IMG/VR virus record: IMGVR_UViG_3300044259_000028
Location: 1 to 18,282 of that record
Length of the DNA stretch: 18,282 nucleotides
DNA from: a virus
Taxonomy: Duplodnaviria; Heunggongvirae; Uroviricota; Caudoviricetes
Strand: one strand, 5' to 3'
In this document: positions 15,410 to 18,282 of the stretch, piece by piece
Numbering within the stretch: position 1 is the stretch's first letter
Layout: each line of letters opens with the position of its first letter
Program-made: the position numbers and the translations under genes
Notes under the pieces: model-generated
The model's input: the letters and a program-made list of their open reading frames with translations, nothing else
Database searches by the model: none
What the model was told of the DNA's origin: nothing

Positions 15410-15494
15410 ATTATGCACCAACTCTTTCATCTTGTCAAGCACAAAATTGAGTATTTGTGCAAAACTTGACAAAGTGATGTGCTAGGTGTACAAT
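15410..15494. promoter_or_regulatory. Divergent sigma70 promoters with a central inverted repeat
   Basis: Minus: TTGACA (15433-15438)-17-CATAAT (15410-15415). Plus: TTGACA (15466-15471)-17-TACAAT (15489-15494). GCACAAA/TTTGTGC inverted repeat at 15439-15460. Confidence 0.85.
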
Positions 15495-15629
15495 GCAGTT
15501 CATAAGTTCCTAATAGTAGCTATAAAAGCTGTTAAGAACTCTATAGTTTTTCTTTTCAATACATAAAACTAATTACTAACGTATAGGTTATTTATAAGTA
15601 ACCTTAAGAACTTTAAAGGATATTTATAA

Positions 15630-15986
15630 ATGACAGACAAGACAGTAGCTGTACCTCAACCTATCTTCATCAAGAAGGTACACGAGCTTTCAAAGCTGCA
15701 TAAAAAACTTGAAAGTGTCAGCAATGACGTTATCGATGTTATTGTTGAAACAATGAATAGCAAAGATACAGACCCTAAGCTTAAGGTTGCGTGTGCCACA
15801 ACACTGGCAGACATGCACATCAAAGTAAGTGATATCATCTCAAAAGATCAGCTTACTCGTCAAATTGCAGAAATTAAAGCTAATGGACTAAAGACACCTC
15901 TAAAGCTTGAGAATGTTCCTGTAAAACCTTCTGGTCCTCGTAGAGATTTCTTTACAATCCAGTCAGTTGGCAATGTAGACGAATAA
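15630..15986 (+). CDS. Helical 118-aa protein, possible terminase small subunit
   Basis: AAGGA RBS gives a clear ORF; the TerS call is inference from size, helical pattern, a beta-like C-terminus and position before a tRNA cluster. Confidence 0.5.
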   Translation: MTDKTVAVPQPIFIKKVHELSKLHKKLESVSNDVIDVIVETMNSKDTDPKLKVACATTLADMHIKVSDIISKDQLTRQIAEIKANGLKTPLKLENVPVKPSGPRRDFFTIQSVGNVDE

Positions 15987-15990
15987 AAGC

Positions 15991-16019
15991 TTGACAAAGC
16001 TACTAACGTGTGTTAAGAT
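15991..16019 (+). promoter_or_regulatory. sigma70 promoter of the tRNA cluster
   Basis: TTGACA-17 nt-TAAGAT. Confidence 0.85.
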
Positions 16020-16134
16020 GCTTCTACGTTGAAATTTTAAACCTTTTCTCCTTGGTCTTGGTGGTTCTTGACCTACGATGTAGGACTCTGTATGGCGTCC
16101 GTAGCATACCGGAATAAACGTAACCCGGAATAAT

Positions 16135-16220
16135 GCTGTCTTGGCTGAGAGGTCGAAAGCACCGGCTTTGTAACCCGGCGAAGAAATTCCACGTAGGTTC
16201 AAATCCTACAGGCAGCACCA
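16135..16220 (+). tRNA. tRNA with a UGU (Thr) anticodon on a class II (Tyr/Ser-like) body
   Basis: GCTGTCT/AGGCAGC acceptor, A73, CCA; GCT/AGC D stem; loop TT-TGT-AA with a C31:C39 mismatch; 14-nt variable arm; GTAGG-TTCAAAT-CCTAC T arm. Confidence 0.8.
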
Positions 16221-16243
16221 CTAACTATTATAGGAATAATATT

Positions 16244-16282
16244 ATGAAACCTAGTAAGAAAACTAAAGTACGAAAACGCTAG
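16244..16282 (+). CDS. 12-aa Lys-rich micro-ORF MKPSKKTKVRKR
   Basis: AGGA 8 nt upstream of ATG; the last base of the stop codon is G1 of tRNA-Lys. Confidence 0.4.
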   Translation: MKPSKKTKVRKR

Positions 16283-16357
16283 GGCGTGTAACTCAATTGG
16301 CAGAGTAACTGGCTTTTAACCAGTAAGTTGTGGGATCGTTGCCCATCACGCCCACCA
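16282..16357 (+). tRNA. tRNA-Lys(UUU)
   Basis: GGGCGTG/CACGCCC, ACTGG-CTTTTAA-CCAGT, encoded CCA; non-canonical T loop ATCGTTG. Confidence 0.95.
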
Positions 16358-16380
16358 AGTAAATTATTTTCAAATATGTC

Positions 16381-16408
16381 TTGACAACAGGACTTATCTG
16401 TGTATAAT
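16381..16408 (+). promoter_or_regulatory. sigma70 promoter
   Basis: TTGACA-16 nt-TATAAT. Confidence 0.75.
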
Positions 16409-16419
16409 GTACGAACAAT

Positions 16420-16498
16420 CTGTGTGTAATGTCAGCCCGGTCAGACGGCCCTCTTTGGAAGTGGGAGGTCGGTGGTTCAAATCCACCCACGCAGACCA
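16420..16498 (+). tRNA. tRNA-Pro(UGG)
   Basis: C1:G72, A73, TT-TGG-AA loop, GGTGG-TTCAAAT-CCACC T arm, CCA. Confidence 0.92.
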
Positions 16499-16584
16499 TA
16501 AATTTAAGAACATTGTTGATAGGCGATAAGAAGAACGATTGCAAGCGTGCCCGTGAATACTTCTACAATGTTTTTAAATTTATG

Positions 16585-16613
16585 TTGACAAACTCTAAGA
16601 GTTATGTTAATAT
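16585..16613 (+). promoter_or_regulatory. sigma70 promoter with a palindrome in the spacer
   Basis: TTGACA-17 nt-TAATAT; spacer contains AACTCT-A-AGAGTT. Confidence 0.65.
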
Positions 16614-16624
16614 GTTGTTTCAAT

Positions 16625-16699
16625 GCCCATCTAGCTCAGTAGATTAGAGCACCTGAACTGTGTTTCAGGAGGTCGCTGGTGCAAATCCAGCGGTGGGCC
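16625..16699 (+). tRNA. tRNA-like gene or pseudo-tRNA with an abnormal anticodon loop and no CCA
   Basis: GCCCATC/GGTGGGC acceptor, GCTC/GAGC D stem, CCTGA-ACTGTGTT-TCAGG (8-nt loop), GCTGG-TGCAAAT-CCAGC; 3' end is C-GCT. Confidence 0.75.
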
Positions 16700-16700
16700 G

Positions 16701-16816
16701 CTCTGAATGAAGGACTAGTAATAGTCAGAACTAAAACGAGGCGTCATAAGTCCACGCCTACACTTAACACGGACGACTTGACGCGCAAGGTAATCAGGTT
16801 AAGTGGAACTTCAGAG
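16701..16816 (+). ncRNA. Candidate multi-stem ncRNA with a possible pseudoknot
   Basis: CTCTGAA/TTCAGAG closing stem; GACTA-GTAA-TAGTC; AGGCGT/ACGCCT; CACTTAAC/GTTAAGTG; loop GTCC complementary to GGAC. Confidence 0.55.
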
Positions 16817-16953
16817 GGACATTAAAGAATCTTAGCGGAAGCTGCGTAGTTAAATCTAATACTACTGAGGTCACTTGGCACCAAGAAACAGAACGCCACA
16901 AAATGATTAACTAGGTAGCATGCAACCCTCGTAGAAAAGCATGTAAGAACATT

Positions 16954-17029
16954 TGCGGGGTAGAGGAGATAGATCATCACTGGCCTCATAAGCCAAAGTA
17001 GGGCGGAGCGTTACCGCCTCCCGCAACCA
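16954..17029 (+). tRNA. tRNA-Met(CAU), initiator-like acceptor stem
   Basis: TGCGGGG/TCCCGCA-A-CCA; CT-CAT-AA loop; non-canonical T loop AGCGTTA; lacks the three consecutive G:C pairs in the anticodon stem. Confidence 0.88.
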
Positions 17030-17152
17030 GATCAGGGAGCACAACCTGTAGGAGCTATAAGCAACCTTCGACCCTGTGTATTTACAATGGAGTGATCGGC
17101 ATTGTACTATTAAAAAAGGAGATAATGACTCTTACCGAGAACTAAGAACAAT

Positions 17153-17231
17153 TGCCTAGAATCCGAGCAAGGTGCATGGACCTGACTGTTAATCAGAGGT
17201 TAGAGTGGTTCAATTCCACTGTAGGCAGCCA
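17153..17231 (+). tRNA. tRNA-Asn(GUU)
   Basis: CT-GTT-AA loop, G73, CCA, AGTGG-TTCAATT-CCACT T arm. Confidence 0.9.
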
Positions 17232-17322
17232 GAATGGAGCGTACCATCAATCTTATGATGAGCTTGAGAGTCTGTACGACACACTGGAAGCGAGTGACGA
17301 TACGTAAGCGTCAAGAATAAAT

Positions 17323-17397
17323 GGCCTTGTCGTATAATGGTTAGTACGAGGGATTGTCTATCCTTCTGTTGGAGTTCGATTCTCCACTAGGTCGCCA
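17323..17397 (+). tRNA. tRNA-Asp(GUC)
   Basis: AGGGA-TTGTCTA-TCCTT, G73, CCA. Confidence 0.93.
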
Positions 17398-17581
17398 GTA
17401 TATGCCCTTGGGCGTGTGCAGACAGGTAATGATAAAGAAGCCTGTAAGGAAAAAAAAATTCTTTGTCGAGAATAATTTACAGTCGAGTGCAACGCTGGTA
17501 AGTGGAGTTGCAGGTTAGTGTAGCCGTTAAAGATCGAAGCGCAACATAAAGGGTTATGTCCCACCCACTGTAATTAATAGT

Positions 17582-17654
17582 GCAGCCTATCTACTGGGAT
17601 AGGACTCACTCTTCCAAGGTGATGGAAACGGTTCGAATCCGTTAGGCTGCTCCA
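17582..17654 (+). tRNA. tRNA-Gly(UCC)
   Basis: GCAGCCT/AGGCTGC, U73, CCA, CT-TCC-AA loop; short, shifted D arm. Confidence 0.9.
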
Positions 17655-17786
17655 AATTCTGGCATGGTGTCAGTAAGTCCAAGCGACTGAAATACTAAGG
17701 ATGCAGAATAAGTGTCTAACTTCATTTAGACTTGCCTCAATCCGAGAGGGACTACAATAGAGGAATCAAAGGGTGCGAGTCCCATT

Positions 17787-17868
17787 GGGTTGGTGGCTAA
17801 TGGGAATTGGTACACCTAGCAGGTTTAGACCCTGTGCCTTTGAGGGTTCGAATCCCTCCCGACCCACC
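17787..17868 (+). tRNA. tRNA-Leu(UAG), atypical cloverleaf
   Basis: GGGTTGG/CCGACCC-A-CCA; TT-TAG-AC loop; extra nucleotides on the D side and a short variable region. Confidence 0.8.
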
Positions 17869-17890
17869 AGAATTTATTTTAATATTTATC

Positions 17891-17919
17891 TTGACAGAAG
17901 ATATTAATTGTTGTAAGAT
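17891..17919 (+). promoter_or_regulatory. sigma70 promoter
   Basis: TTGACA-17 nt-TAAGAT. Confidence 0.85.
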
Positions 17920-17929
17920 GTTTGTTATT

Positions 17930-18012
17930 GGGAGTATGGGGGAATTGGCAGACCCAGCGGACTTAAAATTCGCCGCGAAAGCGTCTCGGTTCGAATCCGT
18001 GTGCTCCTACCA
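17930..18012 (+). tRNA. tRNA-Leu(UAA)
   Basis: Class II cloverleaf, GCGGA-CTTAAAA-TTCGC, CGC-GAAA-GCG variable arm, A73, CCA. Confidence 0.95.
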
Positions 18013-18026
18013 AAGTATTTTAAGGT

Positions 18027-18101
18027 GTGTCTTTATCACATGTAGTAGTGACGCTCCTTGTGACGGAGTTTAAACGGGTGCAAGTCCCGTAGGACACCCC
18101 T
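18027..18101 (+). tRNA. tRNA-His(GUG), atypical (no G-1 in register, CCT instead of CCA)
   Basis: GTGTCTT/AGGACAC, C73, TCAC/GTGA D stem, GCTCC-TTGTGAC-GGAGT, T loop TGCAAGT. Confidence 0.8.
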
Positions 18102-18103
18102 TA

Positions 18104-18280
18104 AAGTATTTTTAGTTCTTAAGGTTTTAAGTTTCGATTTAGCTATGTGGTTCGATTCCCTAGCTCTGGTGAGCATAGTATGCGAAATGTATAACGACCA
18201 TGCCGTTCCTCATAAGGTCGCTCCTTTGGACAACGTTAGGAAGGAAATATCGGCCCTAGACTTAAGAACTAAAAATATTT
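18104..18280 (+). ncRNA. Candidate ~177-nt ncRNA closed by a 20-bp stem
   Basis: 18104-18123 pairs with 18261-18280 (one G:U); several internal hairpins, one carrying GG-TTCGATT-CC. Confidence 0.55.
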
Positions 18281-18282
18281 GC

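Noticed and set aside
16701-16731. Hammerhead-like CUGAAUGA...stem...AGAAC segment
   Set aside because: The core does not match CUGANGA/GAAA, and CUGA is sequestered in the closing stem; kept only as an unknown ncRNA
17232-17307. Asp-rich reading frame upstream of tRNA-Asp (YDELESLYDTLEASDDT)
   Set aside because: No start codon in that frame after tRNA-Asn, so it does not extend the cognate micro-ORF pattern
15963-18073. ORF-track ORFs overlapping the tRNA cluster
   Set aside because: They run across clear tRNA genes and lack RBSs
1-18282. CRISPR array, IS/transposon, or prophage att site
   Set aside because: No regularly spaced repeat-spacer units, no transposase, and the recombinase is a small resolvase type rather than a large serine integrase

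Overview
The window looks like part of a large, tRNA-rich, probably lytic dsDNA phage. A proteobacterial host is inferred from consensus sigma70 promoters, AGGAG RBSs and the RtcB type. From left to right: (1) 1-7160, a rightward early/host-takeover-type cassette of about 23 small hypothetical ORFs with at least 7 near-consensus sigma70 promoters and 4 cUUCGg terminators; (2) 7160-8660, a ~1.5 kb non-coding region rich in inverted repeats, possibly a terminal-repeat junction or origin; (3) 8660-10152, leftward genes including an intact small serine recombinase and small membrane proteins; (4) 10284-11483, a rightward beta-rich, possibly virion-associated module; (5) 11524-15379, a leftward operon with RtcB RNA ligase, a NUMOD4-HNH homing endonuclease, a possibly NADAR-like protein and a Mesh1/SpoT-type HD hydrolase; (6) 15630-18282, a possible small terminase and 11 tRNA or tRNA-like genes, several structurally aberrant, interleaved with stem-closed structured spacers that look like unannotated ncRNAs. 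The most interesting signals are the apparent tRNA repair/replacement counter-defence island, the unusual tRNAs and ncRNA candidates, and the resolvase beside the repeat region. All calls were made by eye; no searches or folding programs were run.
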